Source: Candidatus Micrarchaeota archaeon
GTDB taxonomy: Archaea > Micrarchaeota > Micrarchaeia > Micrarchaeales > Micrarchaeaceae
DNA length: 64,000 nucleotides
NCBI GenBank assembly: GCA_021791535.1
Contig: JAJYWI010000008.1
Coordinates: 614-64,613 of the forward strand
Direction: 5' to 3'
Shown: one piece after another, positions 35,209-45,814 of the stretch
Position numbering within the stretch: the stretch's first letter is position 1
Layout of the letters: every line of letters begins with the position of its first letter
Made by a program: the position numbers and the translations under genes
Notes under the pieces: model-generated
Told to the model about the DNA's origin: nothing
Database searches by the model: none
Seen by the model: the letters and a program-made list of their open reading frames with translations, nothing else

Positions 35209-36069
35209 ATGGTTCTCCAAGCTTTCAGCTTTGCCTTTTCAGCTGTGATAGTGTGGTCTGTAGCGGCCGTTATAGAGAAGAGGATGGCAATCAGGCTTGG
35301 CAGGTTCATAACCCAAGCGGTGATAGTTGGCGGAGGCCTCATACCAACCATCATATATTTTCTGTATTCTGGAGGCTCAATCGCTGGGCTGGTGCCCACC
35401 TCCTTGGCGATAGGGGCTGGTATCCTATTCGGGGTCGCCGGCATCCTCTATTACAAATCATTGGAGACAGAGCATCTGACCAACGCATACGCCATAGGAA
35501 TGGTCCAGCCTGTCATTATAATAATATTCAGCGTGCTCGCCCTCTCTGAGGCTGTCACCCCACTGGTGATAGCCGGTGGTGTTGCGATCTTTGCAGGTTC
35601 GTTTTTCGTTTCCACCAACAAGCATAACAGGTTCAACTGGAGGCTCTTCCCAGCATTCGTAGCAAACCTGATGTGGGCTGGTTGGTGGGTCCTGCTCTCG
35701 CTGGCGGTGACCTATTCCGGGCAGCTCGCAGGTCCTATAACGGTGGCGAGGTCTGCAGGGTTTGTTGTGGCTCTGCTCCTGCTCTGGTTCTTTTATCCGA
35801 AGGTAAAAAGGGTAGGCACCCGCAGCACGCAGCTATGGGGCATACTCGCCATAGGCATGATAGGGGGCATAATGGACGGCCTTGGGAACCTGCTTAACGG
35901 GCATCTTATTGTGCTGCGCTTCCTGTATGTTGGCGGGATACTGTGGGTGTTGACACCGTGCATAGTGGCAGTGCTTGCGCACTTCGTGTACAAGGACAGG
36001 CTCACGGGAGTGCAGATTGCAGGCTTGGTAATAGCGATTGCAGGTGCGGCGGTAGTGGCCTTTGCCTGA
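35209..36069 (+). CDS. EamA/DMT superfamily transporter
   Basis: About 10 TM segments in a two-fold repeat arrangement typical of EamA. Confidence 0.7.
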   Translation: MVLQAFSFAFSAVIVWSVAAVIEKRMAIRLGRFITQAVIVGGGLIPTIIYFLYSGGSIAGLVPTSLAIGAGILFGVAGILYYKSLETEHLTNAYAIGMVQPVIIIIFSVLALSEAVTPLVIAGGVAIFAGSFFVSTNKHNRFNWRLFPAFVANLMWAGWWVLLSLAVTYSGQLAGPITVARSAGFVVALLLLWFFYPKVKRVGTRSTQLWGILAIGMIGGIMDGLGNLLNGHLIVLRFLYVGGILWVLTPCIVAVLAHFVYKDRLTGVQIAGLVIAIAGAAVVAFA

Positions 36070-36117
36070 CGCGCGGCAGAACGTTTTTAACCCTGAATGG
36101 GATATTTTATAGGTGCA

Positions 36118-37158
36118 ATGTCAGTAGACCTTGGCAAGCTGGTGGTCAGGAGGAAAATAGCCCTGGGCGAGCTGAACGGCCGCACAGTTGCAATAGACGC
36201 GTTCAACGTGCTCTACCAGTTCCTGTCAATAATAAGGGGGCCTGACGGGACGCCTCTCAAGGACTTCAAGGGCAATGTCACGAGCCACCTGTCCGGGCTT
36301 TTCTACAGGACGATAGAGCTGGTCGACAACGGGATTACGCCCATTTACGTCTTTGACGGCGTGCCCTCCATGCTGAAGCAGAAGACGATAGAGGCGCGCA
36401 TGAATAGGCGGGAAGAGGCGTACCAGGAGTGGCAGAAGGCAAAGGAAGCCGGAGAGCTTGAAGAAGCAAGGAAGCACGCTATGCAAAGCACCAGGATAAA
36501 CAAGTACGTAATAGAGAGCTCGAAGGAACTCCTGGGCTACATGGGCATCGCTCACATAAACGCGCCTAGCGAGGGGGAGGCGCAGGCTTGCGAGATGTGC
36601 AAGGCTGGGCTCGTGTACTCGGCTGCAAGCCAGGATTATGATACGCTGCTGTTCGCCACGCCAAGGGTTGTGAGGAACCTGACGATAAGCGGGCGCAGGA
36701 AGCTGCCGCGCAAGAACGTCTACATAAACATAGAGCCTGAGATTGTGGACCTGAACGAGACACTGAAGGGCATCGGGCTGAGCCAGAAGCAGCTAATCTG
36801 GGTCGGCATACTGCTCGGCACTGATTTCAACGACGGCATAAACGGTGTCGGTCCGGTGACTGCTGTGAAGATAGCTAAATCCGCGAAGTCGCTTCAGGAC
36901 GTGGAGAAATACGTGAAGGAGAAGTACAACCAGGAGTTCGAACTCGACGTGAAGGAGGTCGAGGACCTTTTCACCAAGCCTGAGGTCTCCAAGATAGATC
37001 CCAAAGAACTGGATAAGGAGATCGGAATTCTGCCAGACAGGAGGGCCATGATAAAATTCATGTGCGACGATCACGATTTCTCAAAGGAACGGATTGAAAA
37101 GTTTGCGGAGAAGCTGTGGGAAAAAAGGGTATCTACAAAGCAGCGCCGCCTTTTCTGA
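36118..37158 (+). CDS. fen: Flap endonuclease 1
   Basis: MSVDLGKLV N-terminus, VFDGVPSMLKQKT, GEAQ motif, C-terminal PIP-like KQRRLF. aggtg lies 3 nt upstream of the ATG. Confidence 0.9.
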   Translation: MSVDLGKLVVRRKIALGELNGRTVAIDAFNVLYQFLSIIRGPDGTPLKDFKGNVTSHLSGLFYRTIELVDNGITPIYVFDGVPSMLKQKTIEARMNRREEAYQEWQKAKEAGELEEARKHAMQSTRINKYVIESSKELLGYMGIAHINAPSEGEAQACEMCKAGLVYSAASQDYDTLLFATPRVVRNLTISGRRKLPRKNVYINIEPEIVDLNETLKGIGLSQKQLIWVGILLGTDFNDGINGVGPVTAVKIAKSAKSLQDVEKYVKEKYNQEFELDVKEVEDLFTKPEVSKIDPKELDKEIGILPDRRAMIKFMCDDHDFSKERIEKFAEKLWEKRVSTKQRRLF

Positions 37159-37160
37159 AT

Positions 37161-40100
37161 TCACATGAACCTCGATAGGTTGAACTGCTTTGAGCCGCTC
37201 TCCGCTGCCGCAACTCCGAACACGGTCTCTATCTCCTCCTTTATGAGTTTCAGCCTCTGCTTCATGTACGGCTCGAGGTCGTACCTATCGGCTAGCTCTA
37301 TAGCCATGCCAAGGTACTTCTCTATGCCTCCCTTCGATATGGTCAGTATTATCCTGCCGCCGCATCTGGTGCACTTGCCAACTAGAGGAATGCGCCTGTA
37401 CTTCGAATTGCACGAGACGCACCTGAACCCTTGCTCAGAATATGAGTGCAGGTTGCCCATGAGGTCGCGTATGAAGTGGTTCGATATCAGTCTTCTTGCC
37501 GTGTCGCGCCGGTCTATGCTGTAGAGCTTGTCCATCAGGTTGAATTGCATCTCGACCTTTTCGTCCATCGTCTTGAGCTTCGTGTATATGCTCTTCTTCG
37601 GGGCCTCGTCTGTCGCACGCGCCGTGCTCTCGTGGGTGAAAAGGAAGCCATCGAATACTGACTTTGTGTTTAACCTGTCTGCTATGCTCTCCACCTTTAC
37701 ATCTGACGGCTGCGCCCTCTCTAGCGTTTTATTGTAGAACTGTATGCCATAACTCTGCACGGTCTCCATCTGCCACGCTTCGTCATCCACCTCCTCAGGC
37801 CGTACGTTGACAGTCAGTATGAGGGGCGCATCCATCGTCCCTCCGATCATGCTTGGCAGGTATCTTCTTGAGAAATTTATGAGTGCGTCAAGGAGCAGCA
37901 TTGTGGTGTCCTCGTCCCCATCGCAGTTCCTCCTCCTCGCCGCTATTGTGAAAGGGTGCGCGAATCCTACATTCGCATCGGTAAAGCCTATTATCCTGCC
38001 GAGGACTCCGGCTGACGTGTGCGGCGAGAGCGTTATGACGCACTGGCCAATCAGGTCATCTATGTTAGCGGCGCTGTAAAACGGCTCTAACCCGTAATAT
38101 TTCACGAGGAGGTCATCCACAAACTTCGCCACCTTTAGCATGTGCTCTGCGCACCTCCTGTTGATCACCAGGTCCTGGTGCCTGATCTCAACAAGCTGAT
38201 CGTCGTTTTCCAGCTTATTACCCATGTAATCGTGCGTGTAACCCAGCTTTGCAAGCGCCTCTATGCTGATCGACACCTCTTTCGGATAGAAGTGTGTCAT
38301 AGGGGCGTCTGTTGCGTCGAACCTGCTCGTACCGTCCTTGAAGGTGGATATGCCATGGACGCTCCGCAGTATCCCTTTCTCTAGCGGCTCCGGGATCTTG
38401 TCACCGCTGGTCAGGCCTTTTACCCCTTTAACTGTCTTGATCTGGCCTGCCATACCGAGCTTTGCTATTGCGCTATCCATCGCCCTCGCTATGCTCACTG
38501 TGCGTAAGCTGCTGCCGGTGGTATGGCCGCCGCAGCTCGCGCATCTTGAATCGCTGCTTCTCTTTCCGCAGCTCACGCATCTTCGCTCTATATAGGCCCT
38601 TACGTTGTGGGTTGCGCAGTATGCGGAACTGAGTTGTTCGCCTCCGGCCGGGCATCTGTAGCTTGCCAATTCTACCTCCACTCCAGGGCTGCCCATCTGC
38701 TTCCTCTCGCTCATATAAGCTTTCGATATGTTGCGTTCCTTGCCTCCGGCCTCCCCTATGGGGAATAATACGTTCGGCGCAGGCTTCATCAGCCTCTCCC
38801 TGGCCTTCTCCGGCCTACCGATCCTAGCACCTACCATATACGAGCGTTGCATTATCCTAAATGGCGCTACTGTGTTGAGTGCCGCTATCGGATCGTCGCC
38901 GGTATACTTCACCGGCATCAGGTCTAGCTTTTCTTCCTTGGCAAGGCCTAGCGTTGCAATCAGGCTCTGGGCATCCCCTCCGGATATCTTTATGCTGCCG
39001 TTGTCGGTATGTGGTATGCATATGCTCTCTATCTGCTGCCTGACAGCATCGGCTATTTTTTCAGGTATGACCAGCTCCTCGACGTCGAATATGCTGCTGC
39101 CGTTATGCTTTATTTCAGATTCTGATACCGCCTTAGCCATGCTTGAGAGCTCCTGTACATTCAAGTTCTGGTACTCGTACAGGTATCTTGGGTGCATTGG
39201 CACCTTGTATTGCATTGACAGCAGGTACGCCTTCTCGAAGCTCGGGGCCTCAGGCAGCTCGTCGTTGTAGCCGCTCTCCCTCAACTGCGCGCTCCAGAAC
39301 TCTTCCACGTAGCTCGAGGGGGAGAGCTGCGTGTTTGTTTTCTTGAAGTCGCCCAGCGTTATCAGCATGTCCCCGACGCTGATTATCTTCGCTATCTCGC
39401 TCTTCACCAGGCGCGCCTGCTCTGCCGTATTTATGCGCATCGCTTCGCCGCTCTTCAGCTTGACGAACGGCCCTTCTATCGTATCTACAGGCATAGCTAC
39501 GCTGCCCTTGCCAGGCTTCTCTATCTTTACCTGTGTGCCTACCGCTATGAACTCATCCAGTATTATCATCGTAGCCGGGCTGAATCCCTTCGCTGCCATG
39601 CCTGTAAATCTCGACCTGCCATACCTTAGCCTGAAAGCTCCGCTATGGTCTGGATATGCTATCACCGGCCTGCCGCCGACGAGCTCTGTCAGGAACGCAG
39701 GGTCGTGGCGCCCGTCGTTCAAGCTCTGCGTTGACTTGCCTACGCGTATGACAGCGCTAAGCCAGCTCCAGTCCAGCCCGACTGACTTAGAGTACTTCAT
39801 CACGTTCTTCGCCTTTTGGGCTATCCCTTCGCACGTGACGAGAGCTACGCCGCCTCGTACCCTATTGGTCATGACCGCTACGTTGCCATCTGAGTCAATC
39901 CTCTTTATGTTCCTGTGCACGCTGACCTCGAGCTCTTCGGTTGGCAGCCCGTCTATGCAGACCGGGCAGTTCTCGAGTATCACCCTGATGTCCTGCTCGC
40001 TCGGTAGGTACTGCAGCCTTGCTGCCCTGGCGTGGTAGAGCATTATCTCCTCTATGCACCGCTCCACCTCGGCCTTCTGGGCCTTGTACTGGCCTATGCC

Positions 40101-40589
40101 GAAGAACCTTCTCGCATAGTCTCCCAGGACAGCGGAAAGCGCAACGCTTGTGCCTCCAGCTGAGCGTATCGGACCAGCGTATAATATGGCGAGATAATCA
40201 GTGCCGTCCGGATTCCTATGGATCTCTATGCCAGGCATCCCCTCTGTTGGCGCCACAAGTATCCCTTCCGTCAGTATTGAGAGCCCAACGCGCAGCGCCA
40301 GCGTTATCCTCTGTTTCGTATCCATGGTAAACTTTTCATTAGTGCATAACTCTTCCACCATCTTGAATGCAAGGTACTGCCTGTCCTTTGCATTCTGCTG
40401 CTTCTCCCGTATCATTGCCGCTATCCCCTCGAAACCTATTATACCCTCGACCCTCGACGCCAGGTCTGGCGCAGGTTTTATTTCCACGCTTGTCTCGGGG
40501 TCGTATCCCTTTTCGCGGGCCTTGCCTGCGACAGAGTATGCAGCTTCTGCCGACCTGCTAAGCATTGCAAAGTACTCATCTATTTCCAT
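37161..40589 (-). CDS. dp2: DNA polymerase II (PolD) large subunit DP2
   Basis: 1142-aa protein with multiple CxxC zinc modules (CVSCGKRSSDSRCASCG, CVSCNSKYRRIPLVGKCTRCG), immediately downstream of DP1. Length is consistent with no intein. Confidence 0.9.
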   Translation of the reverse strand: MEIDEYFAMLSRSAEAAYSVAGKAREKGYDPETSVEIKPAPDLASRVEGIIGFEGIAAMIREKQQNAKDRQYLAFKMVEELCTNEKFTMDTKQRITLALRVGLSILTEGILVAPTEGMPGIEIHRNPDGTDYLAILYAGPIRSAGGTSVALSAVLGDYARRFFGIGQYKAQKAEVERCIEEIMLYHARAARLQYLPSEQDIRVILENCPVCIDGLPTEELEVSVHRNIKRIDSDGNVAVMTNRVRGGVALVTCEGIAQKAKNVMKYSKSVGLDWSWLSAVIRVGKSTQSLNDGRHDPAFLTELVGGRPVIAYPDHSGAFRLRYGRSRFTGMAAKGFSPATMIILDEFIAVGTQVKIEKPGKGSVAMPVDTIEGPFVKLKSGEAMRINTAEQARLVKSEIAKIISVGDMLITLGDFKKTNTQLSPSSYVEEFWSAQLRESGYNDELPEAPSFEKAYLLSMQYKVPMHPRYLYEYQNLNVQELSSMAKAVSESEIKHNGSSIFDVEELVIPEKIADAVRQQIESICIPHTDNGSIKISGGDAQSLIATLGLAKEEKLDLMPVKYTGDDPIAALNTVAPFRIMQRSYMVGARIGRPEKARERLMKPAPNVLFPIGEAGGKERNISKAYMSERKQMGSPGVEVELASYRCPAGGEQLSSAYCATHNVRAYIERRCVSCGKRSSDSRCASCGGHTTGSSLRTVSIARAMDSAIAKLGMAGQIKTVKGVKGLTSGDKIPEPLEKGILRSVHGISTFKDGTSRFDATDAPMTHFYPKEVSISIEALAKLGYTHDYMGNKLENDDQLVEIRHQDLVINRRCAEHMLKVAKFVDDLLVKYYGLEPFYSAANIDDLIGQCVITLSPHTSAGVLGRIIGFTDANVGFAHPFTIAARRRNCDGDEDTTMLLLDALINFSRRYLPSMIGGTMDAPLILTVNVRPEEVDDEAWQMETVQSYGIQFYNKTLERAQPSDVKVESIADRLNTKSVFDGFLFTHESTARATDEAPKKSIYTKLKTMDEKVEMQFNLMDKLYSIDRRDTARRLISNHFIRDLMGNLHSYSEQGFRCVSCNSKYRRIPLVGKCTRCGGRIILTISKGGIEKYLGMAIELADRYDLEPYMKQRLKLIKEEIETVFGVAAAESGSKQFNLSRFM

Positions 40590-40600
40590 ATCTCGTCATC

Positions 40601-42100
40601 CTAAAATTTTATTGTGGTGAACCTTCCAGCCAGCGCTTCGTATACCGGCAGCATGCATGGCGTCGGTATGTGGCCCGACCTCTGCTGGAAACCGGTTGTA
40701 TCCTGCCATGTGCCACTGTTCACTATTCTTACCCCATGGTACTCTGCGATACCATTCTTGTGTATGTGCCCCATGTGCAGTATGTCAGGTACCTTGTCTA
40801 TGACCAGCTGGTCCTCCTTGCTAGGCACTATGACATTGCCGCCGTATACCGGCGACAGGTGCCTCCGCTTCAGCACCTCGACCATAGCTTTTTCCGGTGC
40901 CGCATAGCTAAGGTCAGGGATTGCACGTATTATCGAGTCGAGCGATGTGCCATGGTATGCGAGCACGTCAAGCCCGTGGAGATTGATATAACTGGGGTTT
41001 GTTACTATGTGGACGTTGTCAAGCTTGAAATCCTTCACAAACTCCTCTCCCAGGGCCGGCTGGGGCTCCGCCCTGCCAACCGCGTCGTGATTTCCGGGCA
41101 TGACAAACACGTGTATGTAGTCGGGTATCATGCTTATGAAATTGAAAAGGAGCTTGTATTGCAGGTATATGTCGTGTATCGCTAGGTCGTACTCCTGGTC
41201 TGGATAGATCCCGATTCCATCGGCAACATCGCCAGCCATTATTATGTACTTTATCTTCCCAGCTATCCTGTCCTCCCTCGACTGGGCCTCGCCGTTCAGC
41301 CATTTCAGCATCTTCTCGAAGTTTTTCTCCATGAACTGCTTGCTGCCGACATGTATGTCTGACATGAAGGCTATCGCTATGTCGCCCTTGATGGTCTTCT
41401 GCTCCTTTATCGGGACGTCTGGCCACAATATCTCATTGGCCATAAGGAACTGGTTAGATAGCTTGCCCCTTATAGCTACGACCTCGTCGTTCACGAGGCG
41501 CTTGCTGCTCTCGAACAGGTCTTTCGACTGGTGTGATGTGCCGTTCATGAACATCACTTTTATTTCTGCTGTGCTGTCCTCGACGACGACCATGATGTTT
41601 CCTTTCTTTGTAGAAATTTTCGTAGTCACCATGCCTACGATCGTTACCTCTCTCCCGCTCATGTAGCTCCTCGTAGCGGATATGCTCTGCACGATCGAGG
41701 CGCCAATCCTTCTTTCCTCGAGTATCCTGCGGATCTTTTCCAGCCTGTTCTTGAAGTGATCTACGAAGTCGTCTATGCTGCCCCCAGTAGTGAGCCTCTC
41801 CTTGTTTGTTATTTTGTAGTACGCGTCTATTTCCGAAGCGGCAGCGGTGAATCCGGCTTTTCGTTTCACATCGACAGGCACTGGCGCCTTTTCCTTCGTT
41901 ATCTGGTCTACGATTGCAGCTATCTCCTCCTTCGTGGCTACGCTCAACCCCGCATCGGCCTTGTGCATTTCGACAAGCCTGGCGACTAATGTGTTTATCT
42001 CCGCGTCGCTTACCAAAGACGCATCAACGTCCGCTGCCAGCAGTATCCTTGCCTTCGAAAGAGTGGAAGAAAGCTCTTTTAGAGCATCTTTGCTAGCCAT
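40601..42100 (-). CDS. dp1: DNA polymerase II (PolD) small subunit DP1
   Basis: Calcineurin-like phosphoesterase motifs AFMSDIHVGS, MAGDVADG, PGNHDA, MGHIH. OB-fold region is present. Confidence 0.9.
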   Translation of the reverse strand: MASKDALKELSSTLSKARILLAADVDASLVSDAEINTLVARLVEMHKADAGLSVATKEEIAAIVDQITKEKAPVPVDVKRKAGFTAAASEIDAYYKITNKERLTTGGSIDDFVDHFKNRLEKIRRILEERRIGASIVQSISATRSYMSGREVTIVGMVTTKISTKKGNIMVVVEDSTAEIKVMFMNGTSHQSKDLFESSKRLVNDEVVAIRGKLSNQFLMANEILWPDVPIKEQKTIKGDIAIAFMSDIHVGSKQFMEKNFEKMLKWLNGEAQSREDRIAGKIKYIIMAGDVADGIGIYPDQEYDLAIHDIYLQYKLLFNFISMIPDYIHVFVMPGNHDAVGRAEPQPALGEEFVKDFKLDNVHIVTNPSYINLHGLDVLAYHGTSLDSIIRAIPDLSYAAPEKAMVEVLKRRHLSPVYGGNVIVPSKEDQLVIDKVPDILHMGHIHKNGIAEYHGVRIVNSGTWQDTTGFQQRSGHIPTPCMLPVYEALAGRFTTIKF

Positions 42101-42103
42101 GTG

Positions 42104-42370
42104 TCATTCTTTGATGGCCTCAAGCATGCTAAGTATGCTCCACAGCATAGTCCTTGCCTGCGCCGGCAGGTTTATGTCGTTGCTGACGCCGTCTATGCTG
42201 TATATGGCCGATGCTATCCTTACGGTATCATCGCCTTTTTCGTTGAGCTTAGCCTTTGCTTCGGCAATCGCTGTTCGAACATTCTTTGGTACGCTGGTGT
42301 CGTTCAGCAGCATATCCATCCTAGCGGTTATCTGAACAATCATCTCCGCTATCTTATTTTCATCTGCCAT
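42104..42370 (-). CDS. UPF0147 family protein
   Basis: LLNDTSVPKNVRTAIAEAK...DINLPAQARTMLWSILSMLE matches the pattern I recall for this small archaeal family. Confidence 0.65.
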   Translation of the reverse strand: MADENKIAEMIVQITARMDMLLNDTSVPKNVRTAIAEAKAKLNEKGDDTVRIASAIYSIDGVSNDINLPAQARTMLWSILSMLEAIKE

Positions 42371-42461
42371 GCCTTCACCCTGTACAATAAGCAGAGTTAA
42401 TTTGTTGAAGGAAGTATTTATAGCTATCTGATGTGCGGTTGACGGGAATCCTTTACGCGAT

Positions 42462-43397
42462 CTAGATCGTTATGTGGAATACCATCCTAACATATGAGCC
42501 GAGTATGATGGTGGCTACAGCAGCGCCTAACGACAGGACGAGCGTCTTGGCGACGCTCTTTATGATGCTCTTGTCGCTTGCGAGCGCTATCATGGATGAC
42601 GTAATTGTAAGCACTATCGAAGTGAGTATTATTGCTGAGACTATACCAACAGCGCCAGAATACCCAAGTGCAAACGGTGCAAGCGGGAAAGCAGTACCGA
42701 TAAGATAGAATATCCCCACGTAGAACCCTGATGACCTTGCCGTAGGAGTGCCTCTGGCAGCTGCTGCACCTTTGCTTATGTCCCTCTCGTAGCTGGTCGA
42801 TAAGTACGCCCCGGTAGCCATTGATAGCGTTCCGGCAACTGCTGTTATGCCTCCGGCTACGAAAACCAAGTATGGTACCTTGAGAGCCGCTGCGATTCCA
42901 ACCGTGACCGCTAGCAACTCCACCAGGCCATCGTTCATCCCGAACATCACGTCCCTTATGTTGGTGAATATGGTATTGCTGTTGACCAACCAGTCCTCCA
43001 GCCTTGCCTCTTCGTGGTACTCGCTCTTTCTCACCTTGCTTATTATCTCGTTCTCCTTGCGCGACAGCCGTGATGCGCTTATCGCTCTTGTGAATCTCTT
43101 GTGGTGGCCCTCCTCCATGTGTTCTATCAGCTTGACGGTCACGGCAAGCCCGAATATGACCTTGCACAACATTATCAGGAACCTGTCCGGCCATATCCTA
43201 GCTTTCGGCCTGTCCACGCCATTGATATCGAGGAACTCGCCCCAAAGGTTCGCATGCATGCTCTCCAGCGCCGTAAGCCTAGTAAGCGTTTTTGCTATCT
43301 TCGCGTCCTTCTCAGACTTTGAGAACGTGCGATATACATCCATGTGCAGCAGCTCCTCCTTGTAGAGCCCGATTGCCGCATTTACTTTTTCGTGCAT
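42462..43397 (-). CDS. Ferritin-like domain plus VIT1/CCC1 family iron/manganese transporter
   Basis: N-terminal rubrerythrin/ferritin-like helices (E...H pairs) are followed by a VIT1 membrane domain with MFGMNDGLVE. Confidence 0.7.
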   Translation of the reverse strand: MHEKVNAAIGLYKEELLHMDVYRTFSKSEKDAKIAKTLTRLTALESMHANLWGEFLDINGVDRPKARIWPDRFLIMLCKVIFGLAVTVKLIEHMEEGHHKRFTRAISASRLSRKENEIISKVRKSEYHEEARLEDWLVNSNTIFTNIRDVMFGMNDGLVELLAVTVGIAAALKVPYLVFVAGGITAVAGTLSMATGAYLSTSYERDISKGAAAARGTPTARSSGFYVGIFYLIGTAFPLAPFALGYSGAVGIVSAIILTSIVLTITSSMIALASDKSIIKSVAKTLVLSLGAAVATIILGSYVRMVFHITI

Positions 43398-43416
43398 CGA
43401 ATCTTGTCTGTGTTAA

Positions 43417-45144
43417 TTATCCATTGAGCCTTTTTATCAGTTCCCTGAGCGGCAATGTATTTAGTATCCTGTCCTTTTGAAGCCATCCCCTCCTTGCAGT
43501 GCCCACACCGTACCGCATAAACGAGTAATCATTGGTCCTGTGCGAGTCGGTATCTATGGCGAACATTATCTTGTACTTCGAGACCAGCATTATGTTAGTG
43601 TCGGATAGGTCCATCCTCCTTGTTGAGTTTATCTCCAGTGCTACGTTGTTCCTCTCCGCCGCCTCGGCCACCTTCTCCAGGTCAACCTGGTAGGGCTCCC
43701 GCTTGCCGACTATCCTGCCTGTGGGGTGCGCAAGCACATGAATGAGCCCACTGTCAAGTGCCTTGACTATCCTATCGGTCATCTGCTTTTTCTCCATCAG
43801 TGTGTTGTTGTGCACAGCGCCTAACACGCAGTCCATCTGTTTGAGCGTCTTTTTACTCAAATCCAATGAGCCGTCCTTGAGTATGTCGCATTCGGCGCCT
43901 TTCAGAACAGTGAACTTGCCATCTAGCTGGTCGTTCAGCTTGTCCACGTGCTTCAGTATGCGCTCAAAACCTTTGTCGTCCTTGCCGTTAGCTATCGGCG
44001 TGCTTTTCGTGTGGTCGCTGTTGGTTATGTACTCATAACCAAGCTTCCTGGCCGCATCCGCCATCTCCTCAAGAGTATTTATGCCGTCGCTCTCCCTCGT
44101 ATGGGTATGAAGGTCGCCGTGTATGTCCTTCCGCTCAACGAGCGTAGGTATCTTGTGCTGTTGCGCTAGCTCCACTTCGCCCCGCGCTTCCCTCATTTCC
44201 GGCGGCATCCATTGCAGGCCCAGCTTCCCGTATATGCTCTCCTCTTCCACGCCGCCAACATTCCTGCCCTTCCTGTTGAAAAGGCCATACTCGTTGAGCT
44301 TGTAGCCCTTCTTCACCGCTATCGTCCTCGTCTGGATGTTGTGGTCCTTGCTCCCGGTAAAGTACTGCACAGCGGCGCCGAAGCTCTTTGGCTCAAGGAC
44401 ACGTAGATCACAGCTGATGCCGAGCTTCAGCATCACTGTTGATTTAGTTGGCCCTTTCGCTATTATGCCGGATACCTCCTTCATCTTCGTGAAGAATTCC
44501 ATGACATCCTCGTTCTTCTTCGATATGGCGAGTATGTCGATGTCACCGACCGTTTCCCTCATCCGCCTTGCTGAACCCGCTATCATCACCTTCTCAACTA
44601 AGCCGCTCCCCGCCAACTTATTTATAAGCGACTCGGCCTCCGGAAGCGCATCCTCTATGAACATGCGCCCCTTGCTAGCTTCCTGTATCGCCAGGCTCTT
44701 CAGTATCGCCCCCTCGCTCTTCACCCCGAAGCCCTCAAGCCCGCTTATCTTATGTGATTCGGCTGCCTTTTTCAGGTCGGACAGGTTCTTTATACCAAGC
44801 TTCTTGTAGAGCAATATCGCCTTCTTCGCCCCCATGCCTGTTATTGTGGTCAACGACCCCATGTCAAAGGGATATCTCTTCTTCAGTTCCTCGTACTTTT
44901 TTATCTTGCCAGTCTTGATGTACTCCTCGATATGGCTGGCTATGGATTTGCCTATGCCTGGCAGCTCCATCAGCTCCTTTAGCCCTCCTTTCTTGTATAT
45001 ATCCTCGATGGGCTCCTGCAGCGTCTCTATCGTCAGCGCGGCCTTCTGGTACGCCCTAACCTCAAACCTTGCGGTTGGCTTATCGCTCAGGCTCATGAGC
45101 TGCGCGATCACATTGAGGATATCCGCGATGCCTTTGTTCTCCAT
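43417..45144 (-). CDS. polX: Family X DNA polymerase with C-terminal PHP domain
   Basis: HhH motifs LPGIGKSIA; nucleotidyltransferase GSARRMRETVGDIDIL; PHP motif GDLHTHT. Confidence 0.85.
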   Translation of the reverse strand: MENKGIADILNVIAQLMSLSDKPTARFEVRAYQKAALTIETLQEPIEDIYKKGGLKELMELPGIGKSIASHIEEYIKTGKIKKYEELKKRYPFDMGSLTTITGMGAKKAILLYKKLGIKNLSDLKKAAESHKISGLEGFGVKSEGAILKSLAIQEASKGRMFIEDALPEAESLINKLAGSGLVEKVMIAGSARRMRETVGDIDILAISKKNEDVMEFFTKMKEVSGIIAKGPTKSTVMLKLGISCDLRVLEPKSFGAAVQYFTGSKDHNIQTRTIAVKKGYKLNEYGLFNRKGRNVGGVEEESIYGKLGLQWMPPEMREARGEVELAQQHKIPTLVERKDIHGDLHTHTRESDGINTLEEMADAARKLGYEYITNSDHTKSTPIANGKDDKGFERILKHVDKLNDQLDGKFTVLKGAECDILKDGSLDLSKKTLKQMDCVLGAVHNNTLMEKKQMTDRIVKALDSGLIHVLAHPTGRIVGKREPYQVDLEKVAEAAERNNVALEINSTRRMDLSDTNIMLVSKYKIMFAIDTDSHRTNDYSFMRYGVGTARRGWLQKDRILNTLPLRELIKRLNG

Positions 45145-45207
45145 GTTCCCTATCTGGTTGCGAAAAGAACGATTTTAGCACTTTGTATCCATATAATAAC
45201 GGTGGAT

Positions 45208-45798
45208 ATGGGGGAGGATTCAGACTGGGGTAAGCTAGGGGCTCTTGAAAAGCTTAACAGGCTATACCTGGCGATAATCTCAAGGTACAGGGATTACATA
45301 GAGGAGCACGAAAACATTTCTTTGGCTGAGCTGCCGGCGCTGGTGACTCCGAAGAACGGCGCTGTGATTGCCAAAGTCGACGAGATTAAATCGTCTTTCG
45401 AAAGATATGATTATGAAAAGAACTTCAGGGAAGCTGGCACTGCGGCTTTCGAGTTCGTCAGGGGCAAGGTGGATGACATAGTCCTGCCATTGCAGTTCTG
45501 GCTCGCCCCGGAGGAGACGCTGGCATTCATGATTGGCGACACGTTGGACAGGTGCACACTCCTGTGCTCTATGCTGATAGCACTTGGCAACCCGTCATCA
45601 AAGGTAGCCGTAGTGATGAAGGGAGACTCGAGAAGGATATTCGTGCACTGCGAATTAGACGGCTCTGTCTACATGTTCGACCTAGGCGATGGAATAAGGA
45701 GGTTTGCCGCAAAGCGGGAGCTCGTCGCCTCCTTGAACATAGACAAGGATACGACAGCCTACGAGTTCAACGACATTACGCAGACAGATATCGGTTGA
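45208..45798 (+). CDS. Transglutaminase-like (Cys-His-Asp) superfamily protein, tentative
   Basis: DRCTLLCSMLIALGNP...VHCELDG...FDLGDG spacing resembles a transglutaminase-core triad. A GTG at 45202 is also possible. Confidence 0.4.
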   Translation: MGEDSDWGKLGALEKLNRLYLAIISRYRDYIEEHENISLAELPALVTPKNGAVIAKVDEIKSSFERYDYEKNFREAGTAAFEFVRGKVDDIVLPLQFWLAPEETLAFMIGDTLDRCTLLCSMLIALGNPSSKVAVVMKGDSRRIFVHCELDGSVYMFDLGDGIRRFAAKRELVASLNIDKDTTAYEFNDITQTDIG

Positions 45799-45814
45799 TT
45801 GTCATACCTGCAGG

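Noticed and set aside
39331-40038. Long antisense ORFs inside dp2, smc, fusA, nrdJ and similar genes (for example 39331-40038, 59010-59645, 52910-53731, 22377-23072)
   Set aside because: They lie opposite strongly supported genes and have Ser/Leu/Cys/Phe-rich shadow composition with no motifs.
16572-40589. Inteins in PolB, RNR or DP2
   Set aside because: The catalytic motifs are contiguous and protein lengths (825, about 760 and 1142 aa) match intein-free homologs. No homing-endonuclease LAGLIDADG blocks were seen.
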